Origin: a virus | Strand: one strand, 5' to 3' | Virus record (IMG/VR): IMGVR_UViG_3300022682_000042 | Location: 1 to 64,000 of that record | DNA length: 64,000 bases | Shown here: positions 25,994 through 36,125 of the stretch, piece after piece | Position numbering within the stretch: position 1 is the stretch's first letter | Layout: each line of letters opens with the position of its first letter | Position numbers and translations under genes: made by a program | Notes under the pieces: generated by a model | Databases searched by the model: none | What the model was told of the DNA's origin: nothing | What the model saw: the letters and a program-made list of their open reading frames with translations, nothing else

Positions 25994-26243
25994 TCATATT
26001 CAACTAAATTTCAACTTGTTTATTGTAAAGTTGAATCTAGTAATCACAAAGTGATATTTAATGTTATCCCCTAGCTTGTAGCATCGCCTCATGATTGAGG
26101 AATTACTGGGTCAAGTACGCCATAAAATTGTAGGTCATTTGCCTCAGTAATTAGAGTTGGATGTATGACTGCATCCATTGATTAAAATTATAACACAAGT
26201 TTAAAATATATAGAAATGGCCTTACGGGTAGAAAGGGGGCCTT

Positions 26244-26468
26244 ATGTCCAAAAAGAAGAAACTGTATCGGATATTAGAGCCGGGGGGCCTAACCCTGGCC
26301 GGCAAACATTTTGTTGAGCATCAGGAATATGACCTGTTGGCTGAAGGGTGGGGGACCGGTGACATTGGCCCGGCCCTCCGGTCAAATATGATAGTTGAGG
26401 CCGGGGAGGTTGAGGAACCTGAACCGGCCAAAAAAGAACAGATAACAAAGGAGAAAGACAATGACTAG
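26244..26468 (+). CDS. Small hypothetical protein
   Basis: RBS; overlaps tail tube start. Confidence 0.55.
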   Translation: MSKKKKLYRILEPGGLTLAGKHFVEHQEYDLLAEGWGTGDIGPALRSNMIVEAGEVEEPEPAKKEQITKEKDND

Positions 26469-26883
26469 AAAGTCGGCGCGTGACGCCTATATCGTTATTC
26501 TGGATGGTAATTCGGCCAGTCAGAATATCAGTGGCCGGTCCAATAGTTATACATTCAGCTTTACCTCGGAAGAGGTGGACGTGACTACCTTTGGGGCCTT
26601 ATACCGGGAACGGGTGGCCGATGGTTTGCGGGATTGGTCTCTGGAATTGGGTGGTTTTTGGGACGGGGCAGCCTCCCAGATTGACGATATTTTTTCCAGT
26701 GTGTTTGCAGCCTGTACGTCGGTTTGTCTGTACCCGGCCGGTTCATCGGTCTCGACCTACTATTCCGGCTGTGCAATTTTGCAGGACTACACGGTCGAGG
26801 GGGCCGTTGAAGGAGTTGTCTCCTGGTCGGCCACCTTGATGGCGGCCAGTATCCTCAATTGGACTGATGGTGATGGTATTTAA
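26461..26883 (+). CDS. Tail tube protein
   Basis: EVDVTTFG..GLRDWSLELGGFWD. Confidence 0.8.
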   Translation: MTRKSARDAYIVILDGNSASQNISGRSNSYTFSFTSEEVDVTTFGALYRERVADGLRDWSLELGGFWDGAASQIDDIFSSVFAACTSVCLYPAGSSVSTYYSGCAILQDYTVEGAVEGVVSWSATLMAASILNWTDGDGI

Positions 26884-27311
26884 TGGCAACTAGGGAGGCC
26901 AATACAATGGCTAAAACTAAAATGGTGATGCCGGTCAGAACCCGGCAAGTTGAACTTGATGGGGCCTGGGAGGGGTGGCAATTCGAGGGCCGGGTCAATC
27001 CCCCTATTGCTATTCTGGATAAGTTACAGTCTGACCGGTTCCACGATATTTGTGAGGCCCTGGGGTCTATTATCCTTGATTGGAATTTTGTAGATGAGGA
27101 AGGCCAACCCCTGGACTCTCCCCCCCAGGCCAAAGAGAAGGCCATCAAGCAATACCGGGCCAATTTGAACGGGGATAAACCTACCCTGACCGAGGAAAAG
27201 ATCATAGGGATTGAGGCCGCTACTCAGGCGGCGGCAGCCCTGCCTTTTGACCTGGCTATTGCTGTTTCGGCGGCCCTGTCCCGGTCTATTGCTACACCGG
27301 ACCCAAACTAA
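26883..27311 (+). CDS. Tail assembly chaperone (G)
   Basis: ILDWNFVDEEGQPL; lies between tube and tape measure. Confidence 0.75.
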   Translation: MATREANTMAKTKMVMPVRTRQVELDGAWEGWQFEGRVNPPIAILDKLQSDRFHDICEALGSIILDWNFVDEEGQPLDSPPQAKEKAIKQYRANLNGDKPTLTEEKIIGIEAATQAAAALPFDLAIAVSAALSRSIATPDPN

Positions 27312-27532
27312 CGCTCAGGGTGATGGACGCCGGCAAGACTGGCGCTCCTCCACCCTGGGCCTTAGTCAAAGCCTGGTTGTGTCAGTTCTACGGCTGTACC
27401 CCCGGCCAACTGGCTCAGGAAGAGGCTGATGAAATTTTGCTACTTTATAATTTGAGTGGAACCTATGAAGAGTGGCGCAAGAAAAGGCCCGGTTTTGGTG
27501 GCAATAAACCCAAAATCAGGAGGCTCGAATAG
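27302..27532 (+). CDS. Tail chaperone -1 frameshift extension (GT)
   Basis: C CCA AAC slippery heptamer at 27302-27308 before the stop; -1 frame open to 27532. Confidence 0.75.
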   Translation, partial: PKLTLRVMDAGKTGAPPPWALVKAWLCQFYGCTPGQLAQEEADEILLLYNLSGTYEEWRKKRPGFGGNKPKIRRLE

Positions 27533-30459
27533 TGGCCCGTAATGTCACCATCAGGTTCATCGGTAAAGATGAACTATCCCCCGTTGCCCAAAAGATAGGT
27601 AACAATATGTCCGGCCTGGGCAAACAGCTTGGGTCGGCTTCTTCTGAGGCATCTTCATCGACCGGTATATTCTCTAAATTAGGGTCGGCCATTGGTGGTA
27701 TGGCTACTGTGGCCGGGGGGATTATTGCGGCCAATATTTTTGGCAATCTCGTTACTGGCTTAAAGGATTTTGCGGCGGCCGGCCTTCAGGCTGTCGGTGA
27801 AACCCAGATGCTTGAGCAACGGCTTAACTCCCTCTTTGCAGCTAACCTAATGTACGAACAACAAACAGTCACCACTACTGAGGCCATAACTAAATCAGCC
27901 GAAGCTATTGCCAAAGAACGGGAGGAGATGGAACGGAATGTGGCCAAGCGCGATACTCTGGCTGCCAAGATACAGGAACAACGTCAACGGGTTATAGACT
28001 TGACGGCAGCCTGGGGGGAACAGGGGTTGGCTACCAAAACAGCCCAGGCCAAACTTGGGGAGATGGAAGTTCAGTTATCCCAACTAGATGCCGAAATAGC
28101 CAGGGGGGTATCATCAGTTGATGATTTTGTAACTATCACCCAAACTCAATGGGTTCCTACCGGTAAAGATTTGGCTCAGACCCAGGCCGAAGCCAGGGTT
28201 GAGGCTGAAAAACTCCTCAAGGGTATTGAGGCCCTGGTCAAAGTTTCTCCCTTCCCTACAACTGAAATTCAGACTATCGGGGCCTACGGGGTTCAGATGG
28301 GGATGACAGCCGATGAGGCCCTGGAATTTACTACCACGATGACCAACTTGGGCCTGGCCCTGGGTCTACCAGCGCACGAAGTGGTCAGAATGTCTCAAAA
28401 CCTGAAACAGATGCAGGGGATGAGTAAACTAACTACTATTGATATGCGGGAGATGGAACGCCGGGGTTTTGATCTGGCCAAAGTCTTACAAATTGAAATG
28501 GGGATGTCGGTTGAGGAGTTTAATGCCGAACTTGCCCGGTCCCCGGAAAAGTTCAACGAGCTTATTTCAGCCATCAATACCTTTTCTCAAAACACATTCG
28601 GGGATGTTATTACCCAGATGAACCAAACCTTACCGGCCATGTATGGTCGGCTCAAGGATACGTTTGTTTTAGGGGCCAGAGACTTGTTACGGCCCATAGT
28701 CGAAGCTGTAACCCCGTTTGCCTCAGATTTTATAGATGAGTTCGATAGTCAAATGACTACCTTAATGCCTGCCATCGGGGAACAGATAGCCGGTTATCTG
28801 GTAACCGGCCTGCAACTAGGACAGACCGGTCAACTCGGACCAGCTATAGCTCAAATTCTATCTGACGGGTGGACTAACTATGTTTTGCCGGTCCTACAAA
28901 CCTGGACAGAGACATTTTTTCAGTGGGTAGTGACAACGGTTCAGGAATTACCTACTCAATTATCAACTTTGGTATCCGGTATTACCGAATATTTTTCCGG
29001 GTCCGGGGCCGAACTGCAAACCTCGGTTCATACCTGGGTCCAGGCATTTTGGTCCTGGGTACAGGAGGCCGGAGCGCAGTTAGGTCAGGTCTTGGGGGCC
29101 TTGTTAGGTCAGATATTCAATTGGGCCTCAAGTGGGGAAACCCAAACCCAACTTAACGAAATGGGCTTTGTTTTGGGACAACGGTTAGTAGATGGTTTGG
29201 CTCAATTAGTCGAGGACCAGGCGGCCCTAATTGATATTATGTCGAAATTGGTAGCCGGTTTGGGAATAGCAGTTGGGGCTATCGGTGGGGCCTTGATAAT
29301 GGTTGGGGGCCAGATTGTGGCCGGTATCATCTCCGGTATTCTGGAAAAATTGGGGGTAGACCTCAAGCCGGCCTTAGTTAGTGACCTGGGAAATATTTTT
29401 TCCGGTATGGCCGAAAACATTAAAATCATTGCCAAAGTCATCGGAACTAATATTGTCGAGGGCATCAAGACCGGGATAACCGATGCCAAAGACAAAGTAA
29501 CTACGGCCATAACTGACATAGCTACCGGGGCCTTGGATACCATCAAAGATGTTCTGGGTATTGGCAGTCCGGCCAAAGCCTTTATTGACATCGGCCTGAA
29601 TATTATGGAGGGGCTGGCCGGGGGTATTACTGAGAATATAGGCAAGGTTCTGGGAGCGCTTGGGTCAGTCGGTAAGTCTCTTCTGGGGGGCCTATTCGGG
29701 GGGGATGATGAAGGGTCAAGCCTGGACCTGGGGGACCTGTTAATGAACTTGGTAACCGGTATCCCGGAGGCCATAGAGAACCTAAAGATCGGCTTTACCG
29801 AACTGTGGACGATATTGAATGAACAAGTAGTTGGCCTGGTAATAGAACAGGCTCTTGTTCCCCTGGTAGCTTTATTAGTACAACTGTATACGGTCCATAT
29901 TCCTACCCTACAAACAGTTTGGACGGCAGCCAACGAAGCCATCACTTCATCGACGTTCCCGGTCCATGATGCCATCCGACTTATTATTACCTTATTGGGT
30001 CAAGCCTCACAAGCGGTCAAACAGTTGGCCCTGGATTTTAAGGCGGCTATGGATGACATTGCCGATTCGATGGAAGATGCCGCCGATGGTATTGGGGAAT
30101 TAGTAGACCGGATAGATGAGGCCACTGAGGCATTTAGGAAAATGGCCGAGGCAGCCAAGGAAGCGGCAGGGGCCTCGGAGGCTGCCGGGTCTACGGCCCC
30201 CGGTGGGGCCGGGTTCCAACACGGTACGGGCCTGTCAGGGTTCCGGGTTCCGGGGCCTGGGGGCCGGCCTTTCCCCTTGACGGTTCATGGCGGCGAGATG
30301 GTTGAGGTAATGCCGGCCGGGGCAGCCAGACAGGCCCGGCGGAGTGGGGATGGTGGGGGTAATACCTGGAATGTGACTATTAACGCTACGGAGTCGGTTG
30401 GGGGAGTTCAACATTCTTTGATGACGCTGATGGCGCTTGTTGGTTCCTCTTCTGGATGA
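27532..30459 (+). CDS. Tape measure protein
   Basis: 975 aa Ala/Gly-rich helical protein; LGIGSPAK, FQHG, VHGGEMV motifs. Confidence 0.9.
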   Translation: MARNVTIRFIGKDELSPVAQKIGNNMSGLGKQLGSASSEASSSTGIFSKLGSAIGGMATVAGGIIAANIFGNLVTGLKDFAAAGLQAVGETQMLEQRLNSLFAANLMYEQQTVTTTEAITKSAEAIAKEREEMERNVAKRDTLAAKIQEQRQRVIDLTAAWGEQGLATKTAQAKLGEMEVQLSQLDAEIARGVSSVDDFVTITQTQWVPTGKDLAQTQAEARVEAEKLLKGIEALVKVSPFPTTEIQTIGAYGVQMGMTADEALEFTTTMTNLGLALGLPAHEVVRMSQNLKQMQGMSKLTTIDMREMERRGFDLAKVLQIEMGMSVEEFNAELARSPEKFNELISAINTFSQNTFGDVITQMNQTLPAMYGRLKDTFVLGARDLLRPIVEAVTPFASDFIDEFDSQMTTLMPAIGEQIAGYLVTGLQLGQTGQLGPAIAQILSDGWTNYVLPVLQTWTETFFQWVVTTVQELPTQLSTLVSGITEYFSGSGAELQTSVHTWVQAFWSWVQEAGAQLGQVLGALLGQIFNWASSGETQTQLNEMGFVLGQRLVDGLAQLVEDQAALIDIMSKLVAGLGIAVGAIGGALIMVGGQIVAGIISGILEKLGVDLKPALVSDLGNIFSGMAENIKIIAKVIGTNIVEGIKTGITDAKDKVTTAITDIATGALDTIKDVLGIGSPAKAFIDIGLNIMEGLAGGITENIGKVLGALGSVGKSLLGGLFGGDDEGSSLDLGDLLMNLVTGIPEAIENLKIGFTELWTILNEQVVGLVIEQALVPLVALLVQLYTVHIPTLQTVWTAANEAITSSTFPVHDAIRLIITLLGQASQAVKQLALDFKAAMDDIADSMEDAADGIGELVDRIDEATEAFRKMAEAAKEAAGASEAAGSTAPGGAGFQHGTGLSGFRVPGPGGRPFPLTVHGGEMVEVMPAGAARQARRSGDGGGNTWNVTINATESVGGVQHSLMTLMALVGSSSG

Positions 30460-30481
30460 TTTGAATATCCCATAGGTAATC

Positions 30482-30519
30482 TTGCTTAGTATGGTAAAGT
30501 ATGGTATAATTACCTTACT
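30482..30519 (+). promoter_or_regulatory. Promoter with operator-like repeats
   Basis: TTGCTT-17-TATAAT; AGTATGGTA twice plus near-inverted TACCTTACT. Confidence 0.6.
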
Positions 30520-30545
30520 ATACTATAACACTAAAGGAGATTACC

Positions 30546-31070
30546 ATGAGTGATTATATTTTGTTAAGTGCTTTAGCCGATGAATTGGGGATGTGGAAAA
30601 GTAACTTAAGAAAATACATTTTATCAAACGGAATTTCATTTCAAAAAATAAGAACCCCAGAAACAAGAAATCAATTAGCCTTAGCCTTAACTGAGAATGA
30701 TGCCAATTTAGTCCGGCAACTAAGAGAACAAGGTGGATTTGGCACGAAAAAACCTATTCCTTCTGATAAAAACGGGGATGGGTTTTTTTATATCATCCAA
30801 ATTGTTCCAGACCTTGACCCATTACGGGTAAAGCTTGGCTTTTCATCTAACGTTGAGGGACGTTTACAGGCCCATCGAACTGCGGCCCCTACTGCCAAAT
30901 TGGCTAAGTCTTGGCCCTGTCGTCGTAGTTGGGAAATAGCAGCTATGGCAAGTATAACTAAAGACGGCTGTGAGTTGATTGCCAATGAGGTTTATATATG
31001 TAAGGATGTTGACAAACTCACAAGTAACGGTGATAAGTTCTTTGAAATTATGCCAGAAGTTAATTTTTAA
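30546..31070 (+). CDS. GIY-YIG/T5orf172-like protein with N-terminal HTH (AT-rich moron)
   Basis: GFFYIIQ..VKLGFSSNVEGRL..HRTAAP. Confidence 0.65.
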   Translation: MSDYILLSALADELGMWKSNLRKYILSNGISFQKIRTPETRNQLALALTENDANLVRQLREQGGFGTKKPIPSDKNGDGFFYIIQIVPDLDPLRVKLGFSSNVEGRLQAHRTAAPTAKLAKSWPCRRSWEIAAMASITKDGCELIANEVYICKDVDKLTSNGDKFFEIMPEVNF

Positions 31071-31075
31071 GGCTA

Positions 31076-31174
31076 TTGTACTGTTCTCTATTTTGTGATA
31101 AAATGAGGTTACAGGCAATCAAAAAATAATAATTTGAAAAAGCGGTGGGACCGCCCAGGCCCTACCGCTTTTTT
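31076..31174 (+). promoter_or_regulatory. Promoter plus leader terminator of tail-tip operon
   Basis: TTGTAC-17-TAAAAT; AAAAAGCGGTGGG..CCTACCGCTTTTTT. Confidence 0.6.
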
Positions 31175-31186
31175 ATTGGAGTAACT

Positions 31187-33112
31187 ATGGGTGATTGGAA
31201 AGTTATCCAAAATGGAAGTCAGCTTGATTTTGCTGACAATTTTGGCTTTAGAATATCGCAGGCCCCTGGAACCGGCTTTAGTCCGGTTGAAAATATTTAT
31301 GTCGATTACGGCCTACTTGACGGGGGCCTCTTCCAGCGTACCCGGACCGGGGTCAAGTCATTTAGCCTGGTAGGGACTATCTCCGGTTCAAGCGTGGCCG
31401 GCCTGTTGGGGAATCGGCGGGCCTTAATTGATGCCGTCAAGCCTGACCGGACCAGCCCTCAAGAGCCGGTGGTTATCCAATATACCGGGGGGGCCTCAAC
31501 CTTGCAGGCCAGCGCCTATTATGATGGGGGCCTTGAATTAGGTAATGTGGAAAGTTTTCACGAGCCCAGGGTGGCTCTGAACTTTTTGCAATTTGATCCG
31601 TATTGGGAGGTGGCGGCTAGTGATGGGGCGGTAGTTAACAATACAACTTCATTGGGCAACCAGGAAATAGTTACAGCTTCGTATTTTTTAGAAAGGCAAA
31701 TAACGGGTCAATGGACAGTACCTGGCTCTATCGGTTGGTCTGGGGTTCCTGGTACTACGTCCAAGACATTATACGACCCTAGTGGGCGATTATATTTGGG
31801 CGCACCAGATGATGTTTTCGGTGGGTCAAATACTGGACCGATTGTATATCTTGAAAATAACCAATGGACAGCAATCTCAGCGTGTACCGGAGGAATTTTC
31901 TCAGATATGGCTTTGGGGCCTAATAGACTTTATGCCTTGAACATTAGAGACCATGCAGACCAGACTCAAAATGTCTGCTCCTGGATATTTGGGTCAGCCA
32001 GTATTTTTACGGTAGGAGCCAGTAGCGGACAAACATGGACAAATACGCCTAGGAATATACTTGTCGAAAAAAATAACAGCATTTTTATGACAGGTAATTT
32101 AACCGCTGTTGGTAGTAATACGGCTTGTGGTATTGCCTGGTTTGATGGAACCGAATGGTGGGGAGATACTGAATTTGATGGGGGAGCAAGTTTGGCGCAA
32201 ACATATCCATTAGAGGATATAAAAAAAGGGGGGGATGGTAGATATTATGTAATTTTACCAGAAAATATAGATGCTGTTGGGTCTGCCGTTGAAGTGTCTG
32301 CCTGTGGGTTAGCAGCCTGGGACCGGTCTGCCAGTCGTTGGTATGGGGTTTCATCCTCCCCGACCGAATGGATTGGGGGAGGACTGGAAAGTATTGCAGT
32401 TGGCCTGGATGGTACAATGTATTTTGCCGGGGCCTGTGGTTTTGTTGGGTTAGGAAGTGGCTGTACCGCTGTTGCTTATGACTATGAAAATGTTAGATTA
32501 GTCGGAGGTGGCCTGGGAGGTGGAAATAGCCAGGTTAATGCCCTGAAGGTCGATGCAAATAATAATCTACATGCTGTAGGTCAAGGGAATATTTTACCGG
32601 TAGGTTATTCGGCCTCAAACCAATATTGGGTCTGGAATGGGTATAGTTGGAATGTTGGGGGAGGGGCTATTCTTTTTAATGACAATCTTTATGATATTGA
32701 CATATACAATGATAACAACGACAAAAGAACAGCTATCGTAGGTAACTTTACATCGGCTAGTTGTTGTTCTTATACAAAAATCACAAATAACGGTACGTCT
32801 AATGCTTACCCCGTCATTACTGCCAGTGGACCAGGAAAATGGTACTCAATTGAGAATCATACTACAAATCAAACTATCTTAATAGATTATACATTGGCAA
32901 CTGGTGAGACTGCATCGTTAGACCTTAGACCAGGACAGAAAACATTTATCAGTGATTTTAATGGTAATATATTGTCTAATATTCGGCCTGAATCAGATAT
33001 ATCTAATTTTTATTTGGCCCCCGGAGACAACAATATTACTATTTTTATAAATGATGAATCCGCCAGTTCTAACATTGAGTGGGTAACTCGCTCCTGGTCA
33101 ATAGATTTATAA
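31187..33112 (+). CDS. Distal tail (Dit) protein with inserted beta-propeller-like domain
   Basis: F.QFDPYW, ITNNGTSNAYPVIT..GP, FYLAPGDNNI. Confidence 0.75.
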   Translation: MGDWKVIQNGSQLDFADNFGFRISQAPGTGFSPVENIYVDYGLLDGGLFQRTRTGVKSFSLVGTISGSSVAGLLGNRRALIDAVKPDRTSPQEPVVIQYTGGASTLQASAYYDGGLELGNVESFHEPRVALNFLQFDPYWEVAASDGAVVNNTTSLGNQEIVTASYFLERQITGQWTVPGSIGWSGVPGTTSKTLYDPSGRLYLGAPDDVFGGSNTGPIVYLENNQWTAISACTGGIFSDMALGPNRLYALNIRDHADQTQNVCSWIFGSASIFTVGASSGQTWTNTPRNILVEKNNSIFMTGNLTAVGSNTACGIAWFDGTEWWGDTEFDGGASLAQTYPLEDIKKGGDGRYYVILPENIDAVGSAVEVSACGLAAWDRSASRWYGVSSSPTEWIGGGLESIAVGLDGTMYFAGACGFVGLGSGCTAVAYDYENVRLVGGGLGGGNSQVNALKVDANNNLHAVGQGNILPVGYSASNQYWVWNGYSWNVGGGAILFNDNLYDIDIYNDNNDKRTAIVGNFTSASCCSYTKITNNGTSNAYPVITASGPGKWYSIENHTTNQTILIDYTLATGETASLDLRPGQKTFISDFNGNILSNIRPESDISNFYLAPGDNNITIFINDESASSNIEWVTRSWSIDL

Positions 33113-33113
33113 A

Positions 33114-34229
33114 ATGCCTGTCAATTATTCTGTCTCCTTACTCAACCCAATAGGCGAACAGCTTGACCTATTAGATGACTGGCTTACCCTGTCTTATACC
33201 CGGTCTGTCAACGATGTTGGGGTGCTGGAGCTGGTCCTGGATGGTAACTATTCCCCTTTTGCTAACCTCAAACTTGATGGCCGGTTAGTGGTTTGGCGTA
33301 ATGCCGGAGGCCGGTCTTATGCCGACACTGATACAGTATTTCTTATCCGACAAATAGAACGGACCTTATCCAGTTCAGGCCAACGAACGATAACAGTAGT
33401 GGGCCTGTCGGCCGTTGAACTACTTAGGCGACGCATTGTAGCCTATGACGCCGGGTCCTCTCAGGCCAGTAAGTCAGATTTGGCCGATGACTTGCTGAAA
33501 GAGATTGTAGCCGAAAACCTGGGTAGCTCGGCCACAGATAGCAACCGGGATATCTCAACCTATCTGGATATTGAGGCCGATGTCAGTTTGGGGCCAACGG
33601 TCACGACTGACTTTGCTAGAGACAATGTTTTGTCTGTCTGTCAGGAAATAAGTCAGTCTACAATTCAGGCCGGTAGTCCGGTTTATTTTGATGTAGTGGC
33701 CCCTACTCAATCCACCCTTGAGTTCAGGACGTTCCGGGGCCAACGAGGGCTTGACCACACGTTTCCAAGCGGAACAAACCCGGTGGTATTATCCCCGGAC
33801 CGGGGAAACCTGGTCAATGTTAGACGAACCTATGATTGGTCTGATGAGGTTACTTTTGCCTATGTTGGAGGGCAGGGGTTAGAGAGTGACCGGGATGTGC
33901 AGTCGGCCTCAAGCGGGGACCGGATAGCCAACAGTCCTTTAAACCGGCGGGAACGATTTGTGAGTTATTCTCAGGCTACCAGTGGGTCAGCGGCTTTGGT
34001 CAATCAGGCTGAGGCAGCTTTACGGGAAGGCCGACCCAAACGGTCCTTTGTAGGAGAATTGGTCAACGTACCGGGGGCTACTGAATACGGGGTTCATTGG
34101 AAGTTCGGGGATTTGGTAACGGCCCAATTCGAGGGGGAAAGTGTTGACTGTATGGTTGAGGCTGTTCAGGTGAGCTTTGTCCGGGGCCGGGAAAGCATCA
34201 ATGCCAAATTACGGGTAGTGGAGGACTGA
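33114..34229 (+). CDS. Siphovirus tail hub/Gp37-like protein
   Basis: YTRSVNDVG, VGGQG....R, RRERF, YGVHWKFGDLVT. Confidence 0.8.
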   Translation: MPVNYSVSLLNPIGEQLDLLDDWLTLSYTRSVNDVGVLELVLDGNYSPFANLKLDGRLVVWRNAGGRSYADTDTVFLIRQIERTLSSSGQRTITVVGLSAVELLRRRIVAYDAGSSQASKSDLADDLLKEIVAENLGSSATDSNRDISTYLDIEADVSLGPTVTTDFARDNVLSVCQEISQSTIQAGSPVYFDVVAPTQSTLEFRTFRGQRGLDHTFPSGTNPVVLSPDRGNLVNVRRTYDWSDEVTFAYVGGQGLESDRDVQSASSGDRIANSPLNRRERFVSYSQATSGSAALVNQAEAALREGRPKRSFVGELVNVPGATEYGVHWKFGDLVTAQFEGESVDCMVEAVQVSFVRGRESINAKLRVVED

Positions 34230-34843
34230 TGAGCTTTGAGCAGGAAGTAGCCGAGGTTTTGGTCAATCTAAGGCGACGGGTTGAACGGCTGGAAATTCAA
34301 GAAAGTAGTGGGTCTGGGGCAATACAACTCATTGCCGAAACAGAACTAACAGCTGATACTGCTATTGTATCATTAACATCTATCCCTGATAGTTACCGTG
34401 GATTGATTGTGACTGGACAATTCAGAACTACTCGTTCTAATGATAATGACACTATTGATTTCCGTTTCAATGGTTCGTCAGCTACTAATTATGATTATTT
34501 TTCCACAGCGTTTCGAGGTGATTCGGCCACAGTTTATAACTCAGGTTCTGGAGTCACAGAAATATCGACAGTATTTAACTGTGAAGGTGGAACGGCGTGT
34601 GATTCAAATTTTACTCCGGCTTTGGGATATATTTTAGGATATGCAGAAACAAATAGGCAAAAACAAATTTTCTCTGTTTTTTCTGGTAGGTTTGGGGATA
34701 CTACCAGCAATACAGATTTTTTGTATAGGCAAACAATGGGTCGATGGAGATCGTCAGATGCTATTACCCAAATTGATATGTTCTCAACCAATGGTTGCAA
34801 TATTGCAGCCTCATCTATTGTTCAGCTATATGGGATACTTTGA
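34229..34843 (+). CDS. Minor tail/fibre protein
   Basis: N-terminal coiled coil RRVERLE; AITQI..LYGI end. Confidence 0.6.
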   Translation: MSFEQEVAEVLVNLRRRVERLEIQESSGSGAIQLIAETELTADTAIVSLTSIPDSYRGLIVTGQFRTTRSNDNDTIDFRFNGSSATNYDYFSTAFRGDSATVYNSGSGVTEISTVFNCEGGTACDSNFTPALGYILGYAETNRQKQIFSVFSGRFGDTTSNTDFLYRQTMGRWRSSDAITQIDMFSTNGCNIAASSIVQLYGIL

Positions 34844-35160
34844 TGGCTGACAAAGTGATAATTGTTGGAAAAAACATAACAAGAGTTCCATTGTCTGCTG
34901 ACGAAGAGCAAATCATTGCTGACCGCGCCATTAATGTACCACAAGCCGAAGCTGACCGTCTTGCAATATTAAACGCCTGGAAAGTCTGGCTAGGTAATCA
35001 CCCCGCAGTTCTAAATGTTTTACGAATGACCCCCGATGAAATTGAGGCAGAACTGGCCACCTACGATATAACCCAACTCCGGGCTGTTATTACCGCCCAG
35101 GCCGTTATTTTGGCCGGTCTGACCAGGGCTGTATTGGCCGATATCCAAGATAATTCTTGA
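34843..35160 (+). CDS. Hypothetical protein (possible fibre chaperone)
   Basis: Coupled; end of tail operon. Confidence 0.5.
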   Translation: MADKVIIVGKNITRVPLSADEEQIIADRAINVPQAEADRLAILNAWKVWLGNHPAVLNVLRMTPDEIEAELATYDITQLRAVITAQAVILAGLTRAVLADIQDNS

Positions 35161-35235
35161 CAAGTATTTTAGGTTGTAGTATAATATCCTTGTCTATGTT
35201 AATCGTTTTAATTAACAGTCAAGGAGAATAGAAAA

Positions 35236-36063
35236 ATGTCTGACAGTTTTTTCGATCAAGATTTTGGTTATGTGCCGGAGGACCAGGCCGAGGCCGTTCT
35301 ACCTCCCCTTATTCAGTGGCGGCGGGGAGACCTGCAAAACGAGGATGAGCGACTCAAGGCCGGTTGTTTTCAATTGCCGGTCGAGCGGTATGGCCTCGAT
35401 GATGTTGACCCGGTAGATGTTCTTCACGGGTCAAAGACCATCCCCAGTTATCTTTTTAAGGGCCTTCACGTGGCTGTCATCGGTTGGCGTAAGGACTGGT
35501 TTACCGGCCGGGGTGAGGATATGCGCCGGGTAACGACCTATGACCCCAACGTACGGGCCTGGAGCCGGACTCAAGCCTGGGTCCTGGTCAAGCAGTTGGG
35601 CAATGCTCAGTTTATGCTGACTTTCAGCCGGTCAAACTCAATGGGTTTTGAAGACGCCCTGAACCAATTCCGGCAAACGGTTATCGGCCCGGCCAGCCAG
35701 AAGGCCCGACGAGCTTTCCCGGTCTATTCCTTCTGGATGCCGGTTGGGGTTGGTGATGTCCGGGAATTCAAAGAACAAGGGACCTATGCCACCCCGCCGA
35801 AACTCTACTTGACCCCGCCGGTCAAAGAAGAGACCCTCAAGGATTTGTACATCGGTCCTGATTTGGTAGGGGTTTGCAAAGAGCTTTATCCCCAAGTTAA
35901 GGTCTGGGCCGAACGGAAATATGGCAAAGATGAGGTTACCGGTGACGATGAGGCCGAGTTCGATGATAACGGCCACAACCAGGCCGGGCCACCCCCGCCC
36001 CCGGAACCGCCGGCCAATGATGTAGCCCCGGTTTATGCCGGAGATGGCGAAATCCCGTTCTAA
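35236..36063 (+). CDS. Putative ssDNA-binding/annealing protein
   Basis: Acidic tail ending DGEIPF; first gene after TTGACA-17-TATAAT promoter. Confidence 0.5.
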   Translation: MSDSFFDQDFGYVPEDQAEAVLPPLIQWRRGDLQNEDERLKAGCFQLPVERYGLDDVDPVDVLHGSKTIPSYLFKGLHVAVIGWRKDWFTGRGEDMRRVTTYDPNVRAWSRTQAWVLVKQLGNAQFMLTFSRSNSMGFEDALNQFRQTVIGPASQKARRAFPVYSFWMPVGVGDVREFKEQGTYATPPKLYLTPPVKEETLKDLYIGPDLVGVCKELYPQVKVWAERKYGKDEVTGDDEAEFDDNGHNQAGPPPPPEPPANDVAPVYAGDGEIPF

Positions 36064-36125
36064 ACTGAATAACCGGGGGGAGGGTTGAGGCCCTCCCCCA
36101 TTTTTTATCTTAAGGAGTCCATACA

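Noticed and set aside
27786-29975. Long antisense ORFs inside the tape measure and other genes (e.g. 29202-29975, 8726-9403, 7660-8226)
   Set aside because: Shadow frames of well-supported genes
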